The notes under the pieces: generated by a model
Databases searched by the model: none
Seen by the model: the letters and a program-made list of their open reading frames with translations, nothing else
What the model was told of the DNA's origin: nothing
Part shown: positions 9,044-18,011 of the stretch, one piece after another
How the letters are laid out: every line of letters starts with the position of its first letter
Numbering within the stretch: the first letter of the stretch is position 1
Assembly: GCA_030698395.1 (NCBI GenBank)
Contig: JAUYKW010000005.1
Span: 1 to 62,400 of the forward strand
Length of the DNA: 62,400 nt
Direction: 5' to 3'
Source of the DNA: a bacterium
GTDB taxonomy: Bacteria > Patescibacteriota > Patescibacteriia > UBA9570
Made by a program: the position numbers and the translations under genes

Positions 9044-10057
9044 ATGAAAAAAAAGAATACAAAAAAATCATATGATGTAGTATCTGTTGGAAGTGCGGTT
9101 AGAGACATAGCTTTCTATACAGATGATGTGGAATTGCTAGATAATCCAAAAAAGGATCCTACCAAATTAAAATTAATTGGATTTGAATACGGTGCAAAAG
9201 TTCGGAGTGATAAGGTTATGCGTATGTTTGGTGGAGGAGCTGCAAATACCTCGGTTGGTATATCACGTTTAGGGTTGCGGAACGCAGTTTTAGTAAGCGT
9301 GGGTATGGATGCAGAGGGTCATGAAATTGTTGCAGAACTAACTAAAAATGGAGTAAGTGGAGAGTTGATTCAATATGACAAAAAGCATCCAACTGGTTCT
9401 TCATTTTTAGTGGTAGAAGAAGAAACACATGAACATGTTGCCTTTGCATCTTATGGAGCAAATTCGTATTTAAATATTTCACCAAAAGTACTTAATTCTT
9501 TTAAAACTGATTGGTTCTATATATCATCAATTAGCATGGTTAATTGGTATAGTGCAATTTTACGATTAGTGAATTCTGGTAGTAAGGTAGCTTGGAATCC
9601 AGGCGCTACTCAATTGGCGGGATCTGCCGAACAGCTAAAGAAGTTGATAAAAAAAACTACTTTGTTGATTTTAAATAAAGATGAAGCGACTGAGCTAGCT
9701 TTACGAACTGGTATGAAACGCGTACCGGGGAAATCACAATATGATTGCAAGGTTTTAGCACAACATATACACGATTTAGGGCCAGAGTTGGTGATGGTTA
9801 CTGATGGCAGGAAAGGTTCTCATGTTTTTGATGGAGCAAAGTTTTATTTTTCTAAACCAGCACCGGATAGACCAGTAGATACAACAGGAGCGGGGGATTG
9901 TTTTGGATCTTCCTTTACAACTGGATTAATAAAATTTTCTGGAGATATTGATAAATCATTAGCACTAGCCGTAATTAATTCAACTAATTTAGTTGCACAT
10001 ACAGGGGCACAGCAAGGATTGTTAAAATGGGACAAAATACGTACTCTACTAAAATAG
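9044..10057 (+). CDS. PfkB-family carbohydrate kinase (ribokinase-like; substrate unknown)
   Basis: 337 aa. C-terminal PfkB signature VDTTGAGDCFGSSF and N-terminal GGGAANT-type motif. Confidence 0.85.
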   Translation: MKKKNTKKSYDVVSVGSAVRDIAFYTDDVELLDNPKKDPTKLKLIGFEYGAKVRSDKVMRMFGGGAANTSVGISRLGLRNAVLVSVGMDAEGHEIVAELTKNGVSGELIQYDKKHPTGSSFLVVEEETHEHVAFASYGANSYLNISPKVLNSFKTDWFYISSISMVNWYSAILRLVNSGSKVAWNPGATQLAGSAEQLKKLIKKTTLLILNKDEATELALRTGMKRVPGKSQYDCKVLAQHIHDLGPELVMVTDGRKGSHVFDGAKFYFSKPAPDRPVDTTGAGDCFGSSFTTGLIKFSGDIDKSLALAVINSTNLVAHTGAQQGLLKWDKIRTLLK

Positions 10058-11193
10058 TATCAGAAATGATGCACTTGGCTATTGCGGAAGCTAAGAAGGG
10101 TTCTGGATTTGTTCAGATCAATCCTTTAGTTGGTGCTGTGTTGGAATCGAACGGAAAAGTTTTAGCAAAAGGATATCATTCAAGGTTTGGTGGACCGCAT
10201 GCAGAGGCAATAGCCCTAAAAAAGGCAGTAAAAAAATATTCAAAGCAAGAAATTGCGCGAGCAAATCTTTACGTAACTTTAGAGCCATGTACAAGGAGAG
10301 GAAAAACGTTGCCATGTTTACCTTCAATTAAACAAAGTGGTATTAAGAATATATTTATTGGTACTTTGGATCCTAATCCAGGAGAGCAAGGACGTAGCAT
10401 TAGAGCATTACGGAGAATCGGCTGTAGCGTGAAAGTTGGTATAGAACAAGAAGAGTGCGATTACTTGATTCGCACATTTCGGAAATGGATTACTACTAAA
10501 AAACCTTTTTTATTAGGAAAAGTTGGAATGAGTCTAGATGGTAAGGTTACTCATCCAGATGAAAAACGTTACATTACTAATACTTTAGCTCGGGATCGAG
10601 TTCATAAGTTGAGGCAGGAATTTGATGCAATCATGCTTGGCGTGAATACAGTAATAAGAGATGATCCAGAATTAACAACTCGATTACCTGGCAAGCGGGT
10701 TAGTCATCCTATGAAAATTATTCTTGATAGTAGATTACGGGTTCCATCAAAAAGTAAGGCACTAGATTATAATACAATTGTGGTTTGTTTAGAGGGTGTT
10801 ACCATGAAAAGGAAACGATCAGTGGCAAATACTGGTGCAACTATCCTTGAGCTACCGCCAGAAGAAAAACGGGGTAAACAATTATTCGAGCAAATGAATA
10901 TGCAGGTTTTAATGAAAGAGCTGGGTAGAAGAAAAATTAGTAGTGTAGTGTTAGAGGGTGGTTCTTATGTATTTACAACATTTATTAATCGACAGGCTAT
11001 AGATGAATTTTACATTTTTACAGCTCCACAGTTATTCGGAGCAACTAGTTTGCCATTTACATATGCTTTGCAATATACTGTATCTCTTCAGAATATGAAG
11101 GTAGAACTTATTCCAGCATCTAAAGGTGCTGAAGTAGGTACAGCGGATGATGCTGATAATTTATTAGTGAGAGGATATGCTAAATACAATTGA
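10027..11193 (+). CDS. ribD: Bifunctional riboflavin biosynthesis deaminase/reductase
   Basis: 388 aa. Deaminase zinc motifs HAE and EPCTRRGKTLPC, followed by a RibD_C-like reductase half. An alternative start at 10066 would remove the 31-nt overlap. Confidence 0.9.
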   Translation: MGQNTYSTKIVSEMMHLAIAEAKKGSGFVQINPLVGAVLESNGKVLAKGYHSRFGGPHAEAIALKKAVKKYSKQEIARANLYVTLEPCTRRGKTLPCLPSIKQSGIKNIFIGTLDPNPGEQGRSIRALRRIGCSVKVGIEQEECDYLIRTFRKWITTKKPFLLGKVGMSLDGKVTHPDEKRYITNTLARDRVHKLRQEFDAIMLGVNTVIRDDPELTTRLPGKRVSHPMKIILDSRLRVPSKSKALDYNTIVVCLEGVTMKRKRSVANTGATILELPPEEKRGKQLFEQMNMQVLMKELGRRKISSVVLEGGSYVFTTFINRQAIDEFYIFTAPQLFGATSLPFTYALQYTVSLQNMKVELIPASKGAEVGTADDADNLLVRGYAKYN

Positions 11194-12373
11194 ACAGGCC
11201 CTGAAAGATATTAAGGCAGGAAAGCCTATTATTGTTGTAGATGATGAAGATCGTGAGAATGAGGGCGATATTGTAGTAGCAGCTGATAAAATAACACCTA
11301 AACACATTAGTTTTATGTTGAATCATGCAAAAGGTTTAGTTTGTGTACCTATGCATGAAGAGCGTTTAAAAGCGTTAGGATTACCACCCATGGTAAGAGA
11401 TAACACAGATCCTTATGGAACAGATTTTTCTGTTTCAGTGAGTGCACGCTTTGGTATTGACACTGGTGTTTCGGCTGATGACAGAGCACATACAATTAAA
11501 GTATTGATTGATAAAAAAACAACTGCTTATGATTTAGTCCGGCCAGGGCATATATTTCCTTTGCGGGCAAAAAGTGGTGGTGTTTTGCAACGAGCGGGAC
11601 ATACAGAAGCAGTAGTGGATTTAGCAACACTTGCTGGATTAAAACCAGCAGGGGTAACATGTGAAATAATAGATCGGAATGGCAAGATGTCACGGATGCC
11701 ACAATTGCGGAAGTTGGCCAAAGAACATCGATTAAAAATTATATCAATTGCAGATTTGATAGCATATCGAAAGAAAACCGAACGTTTAGTGAAGAAAGTT
11801 GCCGCAGCACCAATTCCAACTAAATATGGTTCATGGAATGTGGTGGCTTTTGAAACTACCATTAACCCCACTACTATCGTGGCCATTGTCAAAGGAGATG
11901 TTTATGGAAAGAAAAATGTATTAGTGAGGGTTCATTCTGAATGTCTTACTGGCGATGTATTTGGATCTCAGCGTTGCGATTGTGGAGATCAGCTTGATAC
12001 TGCGATGAAAATGATAGATAAAGCAAAGGCAGGAGTAGTTCTTTACATGCCTCAAGAGGGTAGAGGAATTGGCATAGTGAATAAATTACATGCATATTTG
12101 TTACAGGATTCGGGGTTAGATACAGTGGAAGCTAATCAACGACTAGGTTTTCCAGCTGATCTGAGGGAGTATGGAATTGGGGCACAAATTTTAAGTGAGT
12201 TAGGTTTGTCTACAATAAAAATTTTAACGAATAATCCAAAGAAAATTATTGGAATCGAGGGTCATGGTTTAAAGGTTGTAGAGCGAGTTCCTATTCAGTC
12301 TGGTGTACGACCAGATAATAAAAGGTATTTAAAAGCAAAAAAAGATAAAATGGGACATATATTAGATGTCTAA
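11177..12373 (+). CDS. ribBA: Bifunctional DHBP synthase / GTP cyclohydrolase II
   Basis: 398 aa. DDEDRENEGD (RibB) and RVHSECLTGDVFGSQRCDCG (RibA zinc site). Confidence 0.93.
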   Translation: MLNTIEQALKDIKAGKPIIVVDDEDRENEGDIVVAADKITPKHISFMLNHAKGLVCVPMHEERLKALGLPPMVRDNTDPYGTDFSVSVSARFGIDTGVSADDRAHTIKVLIDKKTTAYDLVRPGHIFPLRAKSGGVLQRAGHTEAVVDLATLAGLKPAGVTCEIIDRNGKMSRMPQLRKLAKEHRLKIISIADLIAYRKKTERLVKKVAAAPIPTKYGSWNVVAFETTINPTTIVAIVKGDVYGKKNVLVRVHSECLTGDVFGSQRCDCGDQLDTAMKMIDKAKAGVVLYMPQEGRGIGIVNKLHAYLLQDSGLDTVEANQRLGFPADLREYGIGAQILSELGLSTIKILTNNPKKIIGIEGHGLKVVERVPIQSGVRPDNKRYLKAKKDKMGHILDV

Positions 12374-13163
12374 ACAAAATCTTTCGCCACAGATATTAAA
12401 GAAAATAAAGTTACCTCAAAAATCTTCTCATAAAGGACAAAATGGGATTTTATATATTGTAGCAGGATCAAAGCAGTATCATGGAGCTTTATTTTATGCT
12501 ATTAGTATTGCTAGCTTTTTTGTGGATCTTATTTACGTAGAGACTGATCTTAGTAATAGATCTATGGTGATGGCTCTGAAAAAATTACATCCGGCAATAA
12601 TATTAGTGTCAGCACAGCAGAGGATGAGATATTTAAAAAAAAGTGATTGTTTGTTAATTGGACCAGGTTTAGGAAAGACGGCAAAATCTAGAAAAACAGT
12701 TTTAACATTGTTAAAGCATTCAGCAAAACCAGAGAAAGTGGTTATTGATGCAGATGCCTTATCTTTTATTCAGCAAAAACAGCTTACTGCTAACATGGTA
12801 ATAACGCCACATCAAGGAGAATATCGTGAACTTTATGGAAATACGGAGGTCTTAGAAGCATCAAAACTACATCCCGCGGTAATTTTACAGAAGGGAGCTA
12901 AGGATGCTATTTGTCAAAATGGAAAATGCAAGTATAATACAAGAGGCAATGCTGGCTTAACCAAAGGAGGAACTGGAGATGTTTTGGCGGGTTTAGTCGC
13001 TGTTTTCTGCTGTTTATCTGATGTCTATACTGCGAGTTGTGCAGGGGCAATATTAAATGGTTTAGCTGCAGAGGATTTAGAAAAAAGATACGGCACATAT
13101 TTTTCAACTCAAACTTTGATACAACAAATACCACAAACTTTTAATACATGGCTCAGAAAATAA
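12366..13163 (+). CDS. nnrD: ADP-dependent NAD(P)H-hydrate dehydratase (YjeF C-terminal type)
   Basis: 265 aa. Carbohydrate-kinase-like fold with the terminal KGGTGDVLAGLVA motif. Confidence 0.8.
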   Translation: MSKQNLSPQILKKIKLPQKSSHKGQNGILYIVAGSKQYHGALFYAISIASFFVDLIYVETDLSNRSMVMALKKLHPAIILVSAQQRMRYLKKSDCLLIGPGLGKTAKSRKTVLTLLKHSAKPEKVVIDADALSFIQQKQLTANMVITPHQGEYRELYGNTEVLEASKLHPAVILQKGAKDAICQNGKCKYNTRGNAGLTKGGTGDVLAGLVAVFCCLSDVYTASCAGAILNGLAAEDLEKRYGTYFSTQTLIQQIPQTFNTWLRK

Positions 13164-14098
13164 ATAATTTAAAAAAAACTAGTAGCAAAAAGCTAAACGA
13201 TAAAGTTATTCTCGCGGGTAACTCAAATCGCCCAATGGCGAAGCGAATAGCCAAAGAATTGGGTATGTCTTTGGGAAAAATTGATGTGAAAGTGTTTTCT
13301 GATGGTGAAACATATGTGAATATTGAAGAAGATATCAAAGATAAAATAGTTTATGTAGTTCAAAGCGGATCTTATCCGGCAAATCATAATTTAATGGAAT
13401 TGTTAGCGATTGTTCATGCAGCCAGGAATTTGAATCCAAAAAAGATTGTAGCTGTTGTACCATTTTATCCATATCGAAGAATGGAAAAAACTGTTGAGCG
13501 AGGAGAATCATTAACTTTTGAATTAGTTGCAGATTTATTACACACAGCAGGTATAGATAAAATAATTTGCATGGATTTGCATAAGCACAGAAGCAAAAGA
13601 TTTTTTAAATTTCAGAGAAAAGAATTAAGAGCGTTTGAGGTGATTATTAGTAGATTACGAAAGAAGAAGTTACATAATTTTGTGATTGTAGCTCCAGACA
13701 AAGGAAGTATGCCTGAATCTAAAAAATATGCTCGTGAGTTAGAAGTGCCCTTAGTAAAAGCATACAAAACTAGAAAAAAACATGATGAAGCTATTATTAA
13801 TAGAATTGAAGGTGATGTTGAAGGTAAGGATGTAATAATTGTAGATGATGAAATTAATACAGCAGGAACTTTAACAGGTGTTGTTGATAAATTAAAACAA
13901 CATAAGGTAAGAAATATATATTTTGCTTGCACTCATGCAGTGTTATCTGGGCCAGCAATTGAGCGATTGGAAAAAGCTAAAATAAAAGAGGTGATAATTA
14001 CTGATACGATTTTACTTCCGGAAGAAAAAAAGATAAAAAAGATAAAAATATTGTCTGTAGCACCATTGTTTGCCCAAGCAATCTTAGATGATCGATAA
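13148..14098 (+). CDS. prs: Ribose-phosphate pyrophosphokinase
   Basis: 316 aa. PRPP-binding loop IIVDDEINTAGTL and a DLH motif. Confidence 0.88.
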   Translation: MAQKINNLKKTSSKKLNDKVILAGNSNRPMAKRIAKELGMSLGKIDVKVFSDGETYVNIEEDIKDKIVYVVQSGSYPANHNLMELLAIVHAARNLNPKKIVAVVPFYPYRRMEKTVERGESLTFELVADLLHTAGIDKIICMDLHKHRSKRFFKFQRKELRAFEVIISRLRKKKLHNFVIVAPDKGSMPESKKYARELEVPLVKAYKTRKKHDEAIINRIEGDVEGKDVIIVDDEINTAGTLTGVVDKLKQHKVRNIYFACTHAVLSGPAIERLEKAKIKEVIITDTILLPEEKKIKKIKILSVAPLFAQAILDDR

Positions 14099-14843
14099 AC
14101 AAGCATCGTCTTTAATAAGTGGTATAACCGCTCCTTTGCAGGCGGTTCGTTTTATTATTAAATATCCAAGAACAATTCGGTATTGCATAGTTCCTATGCT
14201 TATTGGATTAGTCATTAATGTTTTAATGTTCATTGCAGTTAACTTGTGGGCGTTAAATATGATAGGTGATTGGTTTTCCTTCTCTGGAGCTTGGTATGTT
14301 ATTTTATTTAAGATAATTGTCCAAATTATTGTTGCAGGAATTTTTTTAATCGTAATGGCTTTAACATATTCAACTGTTACCAATATTGTTGCTGGCCCAT
14401 TTCATGAATTGTTATCTCAATACGTTGAACGTGTTGTTCATGGTGATGTGAGTGACGACAAGGTGTCGTTTGCAAAGTTTGTGAGAGATGGGCTAGGAGC
14501 AATAAAAGAGGAGATTATAAAATTATTGTTTTTTCTAGTTGTTCAAGTGGTGCTGTTTTTGTTAAATTTCGTACCAATTGCAGGACCCGCAATATACTTA
14601 GTTTTAAATACTATTGTTGCTGGCTATTTATTATCCTATGAATACTTGGATTTGCCGATGTCGCGAGATGATAAGGGATTTGGTAAGAAGATAAAATATC
14701 TCTTAAATAAACCTGTATTATATACATCTTTTGGCTGGGTTTGTGCAGTATTATTAATGATTCCATTAGTAAATATCGTCATTATTCCAGTTTGTGTCAT
14801 AGCTGGTACTTTGTTATACTATTCTAATGGAACTGCCAAATAA
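14088..14843 (+). CDS. EI24/CysZ-like multi-pass membrane protein
   Basis: 251 aa with about 4-5 hydrophobic helices. The layout resembles the EI24/CysZ family by eye; no diagnostic motif verified. Confidence 0.5.
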   Translation: MIDKQASSLISGITAPLQAVRFIIKYPRTIRYCIVPMLIGLVINVLMFIAVNLWALNMIGDWFSFSGAWYVILFKIIVQIIVAGIFLIVMALTYSTVTNIVAGPFHELLSQYVERVVHGDVSDDKVSFAKFVRDGLGAIKEEIIKLLFFLVVQVVLFLLNFVPIAGPAIYLVLNTIVAGYLLSYEYLDLPMSRDDKGFGKKIKYLLNKPVLYTSFGWVCAVLLMIPLVNIVIIPVCVIAGTLLYYSNGTAK

Positions 14844-15390
14844 GGAGCAGTGTCGAAATCTCTATAGTCGCTATCATACTCCAGAGAATATTCAAGATCA
14901 TATGGGTGCAGTTGCTGCACTTGGAGTAGAGTTGGCACAAGCAATAGAGGGGGCCGGTTACGAAGTTAACGTAGCTTTAGTTTTAGCAGCAGCTCGTTTA
15001 CATGATTTAGTACGCATTGAGGAACAATGGCAATATCTGTCATCGGATATTACGGTACCATTACAACATGCTGAAATAAATTATTTGATATTACGTGAAA
15101 AATATCCCGAAGTGGCATCAGTAATACGCACTCATAGCCTCATGACTTTACTTGACGAACCGGACGCTTTAGAAAGTTGGGAAAATAAAATCGTATATTA
15201 CGCAGATAAGCGAGTTAATAATGACAAAATTGTTACACTAGAAGAACGTTTAATAATCGGGAATGAAAGATGGCACGTTAAGCCAGAGATGGATCAAACA
15301 GATAAGATTTTACCAAAGTTAAAAGAGTTGGAAGCAGAGATATTTAAATCAATAAAGTTTTTACCTGAAGATTTGTCAATCAATTTATGA
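14827..15390 (+). CDS. HD-domain phosphohydrolase
   Basis: 187 aa. H...HD (ARLHDLVR) and a later YYADKR segment typical of small HD/HDIG proteins. Confidence 0.6.
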   Translation: MELPNKEQCRNLYSRYHTPENIQDHMGAVAALGVELAQAIEGAGYEVNVALVLAAARLHDLVRIEEQWQYLSSDITVPLQHAEINYLILREKYPEVASVIRTHSLMTLLDEPDALESWENKIVYYADKRVNNDKIVTLEERLIIGNERWHVKPEMDQTDKILPKLKELEAEIFKSIKFLPEDLSINL

Positions 15391-15857
15391 ACGAATCTAG
15401 TACACAACGAACTACAAAACCTCATGCTAAGAGATACGGTAAAGATATCCGGCAAAAAAGTGTTGGTGCAATTATATTAAATGCAAAATCGGAAGTATTG
15501 ATTATGCATTCTGCACAAAATAAATATTGGGAATTTCCTAAAGGAAAAGTAGAAAAAGGGGAAAAGGAATTGGATACTTTAAAACGGGAAATGTTTGAGG
15601 AAACAGGTATTCGGCGTTTTCGTTTACATCCAGCATTCCGTGAGTATTTAAGATATTCATTTCGAGTTGGCTCTAAGATTATAAATAAAGTGGTGGTGTA
15701 CTATCTATTTAAAACTGGATCAGAAATTAAAATATCCGATGAGCATACCGCTTATAAATGGGTTAGCCTAGTAGAAGTGGAAAAGAGCCTCAAACATGAG
15801 AATCAACGTAAACTTATTAAAAGAGTAAAGTATTTTTTAGAAGAAAATGAGGTTTAA
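15387..15857 (+). CDS. Nudix hydrolase
   Basis: 156 aa. Perfect Nudix box GKVEKGEKELDTLKREMFEETGI (GX5EX7REUXEEXGU). ATGA overlap with the HD gene. Confidence 0.85.
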   Translation: MNESSTQRTTKPHAKRYGKDIRQKSVGAIILNAKSEVLIMHSAQNKYWEFPKGKVEKGEKELDTLKREMFEETGIRRFRLHPAFREYLRYSFRVGSKIINKVVVYYLFKTGSEIKISDEHTAYKWVSLVEVEKSLKHENQRKLIKRVKYFLEENEV

Positions 15858-16320
15858 CTATCAAGTAACAGATGCTACGAAAAATTTTTCTGCATATTGT
15901 ATGGGCATTTTAGAGGTGCAGGGTAAGATTTTGTTAGTACAAGATAAATCAAAAAAATATTATGGCAGGTGGATGTTACCATCAAAAAAGAGCTCAACTA
16001 CTGATAGGCTAGTATTGGTTGCTGAACAAGGCTTAAAAGAGAGTACCGATATTAAAGCAAATGTTGATAAAGTAGTTGGTGTGTATCATACGTATAATGT
16101 AGAAGATAAAAGGGGTACTTTAATTTTTACTTTTGCAATGAATAAAGCAAGAGGAGAACTAAATGTTGCAACGGGAAACGTATTGAGTGCTAGCTGGTTC
16201 ACTTATAAGGAAATATTTAAAATGCCGGAAGAGAGTTTTCGATATTCATTTGTTCGAACAATGATTAAAGATTATCGGAAAGGAAAACGTTATCCTGTTG
16301 ATTTGATCCATACTGTATGA
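15847..16320 (+). CDS. Nudix-fold-like protein with a degenerate Nudix box
   Basis: 157 aa. Size and position parallel the upstream Nudix gene, but the box region reads PSKKSSTTDRLVLVAEQGLKESTDI, lacking the Gly and the REx2EE acids. Confidence 0.4.
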   Translation: MRFNYQVTDATKNFSAYCMGILEVQGKILLVQDKSKKYYGRWMLPSKKSSTTDRLVLVAEQGLKESTDIKANVDKVVGVYHTYNVEDKRGTLIFTFAMNKARGELNVATGNVLSASWFTYKEIFKMPEESFRYSFVRTMIKDYRKGKRYPVDLIHTV

Positions 16321-18011
16321 GTGAATCGTTAGAGGAGTTTATTCAAGATTTACCAGAACTTGATCCCGTTGTTGTTAAACTGTTATATCAGCGTGGGTTA
16401 CGGTCTCAAGAGGAAGTAGATGCCTTTTTGCATCCAGAGTATGTGCGTGATCAACATGATTCTTTTTTGTTTAAGGATATGAAGAAGGCTGTGGAGCGAA
16501 TTATTGCAGCCAGGGATAATGCAGAAAAAATTGTAATTTATGGTGATTATGATGCAGATGGAGTTTGCTCCTCTGTATTGTTACTTTCGGCTTTGCAACA
16601 GATTGGAATAAAGGAAAATGTGAGAATTTATTTACCGCACAGAGATACTGAGGGCTATGGTCTTAATACAGCTGCCATTGATACGTTTATTGGAGAGGGT
16701 GTGGATTTAATCATCACAGTTGATTGCGGAATATCTAATGCTGATGAAGTGCAGTTAGCAACTGATAACAATATTGATGTAATTGTTACGGATCATCATG
16801 TAGAGCCTCTAAGATTACCGGAGTCAGCGTATGCAATTATTAATCCCCAAATCAGTTCTGATACATATCCTTTTCCGATGTTAGCTGGAGTGGGTGTTGC
16901 TTTTAAGCTTACTCAAGCTTTGGGTAAAACTTTAGATTTAGGAGAAAGTTTTGAAAAATGGTTATTAGATTTAGTTGCGATTAGCACTATTACAGATTGT
17001 ATGCCTTTAGTAGATGAAAATAGAACTTTAGTGAAATATGGCTTGGTCGTATTGAATAAAACACGGCGATTGGGATTAAAAACATTAATCGCATCTACTC
17101 ATAAGTTGGGAACTCCTGTAACTACTACTAGCATCGGTTATCGCATCGGGCCATGGATTAATGCTGCGGGAAGAATTGATCATGCAAATGTAGCTGTACA
17201 AGCCTTGGTTGAAGAAGATCCGGCAAAAGTTGACGCTCAAGTAGAAAAACTAAAGCGGACAAATATTGATAGACAACAACAAACTGAAGTTATGTATCAG
17301 GAAGCAAGACAACAAGCAGAGGCGCAAAAAAACGATCCTGTTATATATGTTTTCGGAAAGCATTGGCCATTAGGATTAGTTGGATTGGTTGCTGGTAGGT
17401 TAGTAAGTGCTTATGGTAAGCCAGCTTTTGTTTTAACAGAAAATGATACAGAAGTTAGTGGATCCGGAAGAAGTATAGAAGGATTAGATATGATAAGTAA
17501 TTTACAAAAGATTGAAGATTTGTTTTATAAGTACGGTGGACATGCGATGGCTTGTGGTTTTACTTTAAAAAAAGATCATAGTAGAGAAAAATTTGCAGAT
17601 ACTTTTACCAACATAGCAAAGTATGCTCTCTCCAAGATAGATCATTCTATGAATGTGGTTGTAGATGCAGATTTAGAAGTATCAGATATTAATTGGGAGT
17701 TAGTTCAACAGTTAGATCAATTTAATCCTTTTGGACAAGGTAATCCCGAACCAATTTTTAGAATACGTAATTCAAAAATAAAAGATTTTCAAGTAATTGG
17801 TCCGAAGAGAAATCACTTAAGGTTAGTGCTTACAGATGAAAAAAAATCAGTTAAAGCTATTGCATTTGGTCAGGCCGATTTTGCAAATAGGCTTTCGATA
17901 GGTGATGATGTAGAGGCGACTTGTAATTTAGGAATAAATCATTGGAATGGAAATAGTGAGATACAGGTGATGATAAAAGATATAAAGAAAAAAAATTCTA
18001 TCCATGACTAA
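16317..18011 (+). CDS. recJ: Single-stranded-DNA-specific exonuclease RecJ
   Basis: 564 aa. DHH motifs YGDYDADGV and VTDHH, DHHA1 GGHAMACG, and a C-terminal OB-like region. Confidence 0.88.
   Translation: MSESLEEFIQDLPELDPVVVKLLYQRGLRSQEEVDAFLHPEYVRDQHDSFLFKDMKKAVERIIAARDNAEKIVIYGDYDADGVCSSVLLLSALQQIGIKENVRIYLPHRDTEGYGLNTAAIDTFIGEGVDLIITVDCGISNADEVQLATDNNIDVIVTDHHVEPLRLPESAYAIINPQISSDTYPFPMLAGVGVAFKLTQALGKTLDLGESFEKWLLDLVAISTITDCMPLVDENRTLVKYGLVVLNKTRRLGLKTLIASTHKLGTPVTTTSIGYRIGPWINAAGRIDHANVAVQALVEEDPAKVDAQVEKLKRTNIDRQQQTEVMYQEARQQAEAQKNDPVIYVFGKHWPLGLVGLVAGRLVSAYGKPAFVLTENDTEVSGSGRSIEGLDMISNLQKIEDLFYKYGGHAMACGFTLKKDHSREKFADTFTNIAKYALSKIDHSMNVVVDADLEVSDINWELVQQLDQFNPFGQGNPEPIFRIRNSKIKDFQVIGPKRNHLRLVLTDEKKSVKAIAFGQADFANRLSIGDDVEATCNLGINHWNGNSEIQVMIKDIKKKNSIHD

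Noticed and set aside
10000-10070. FMN riboswitch ahead of ribD.
   Set aside because: ribD overlaps or abuts the preceding PfkB gene, so there is no non-coding space to hold the ~140-nt element.
15387-15390. Alternative genetic code (UGA recoding, as in some candidate phyla).
   Set aside because: TGA functions as a stop in ATGA gene junctions (15387-15390, 21938-21941) and at 23045-23047. All conserved genes have normal lengths under the standard code.
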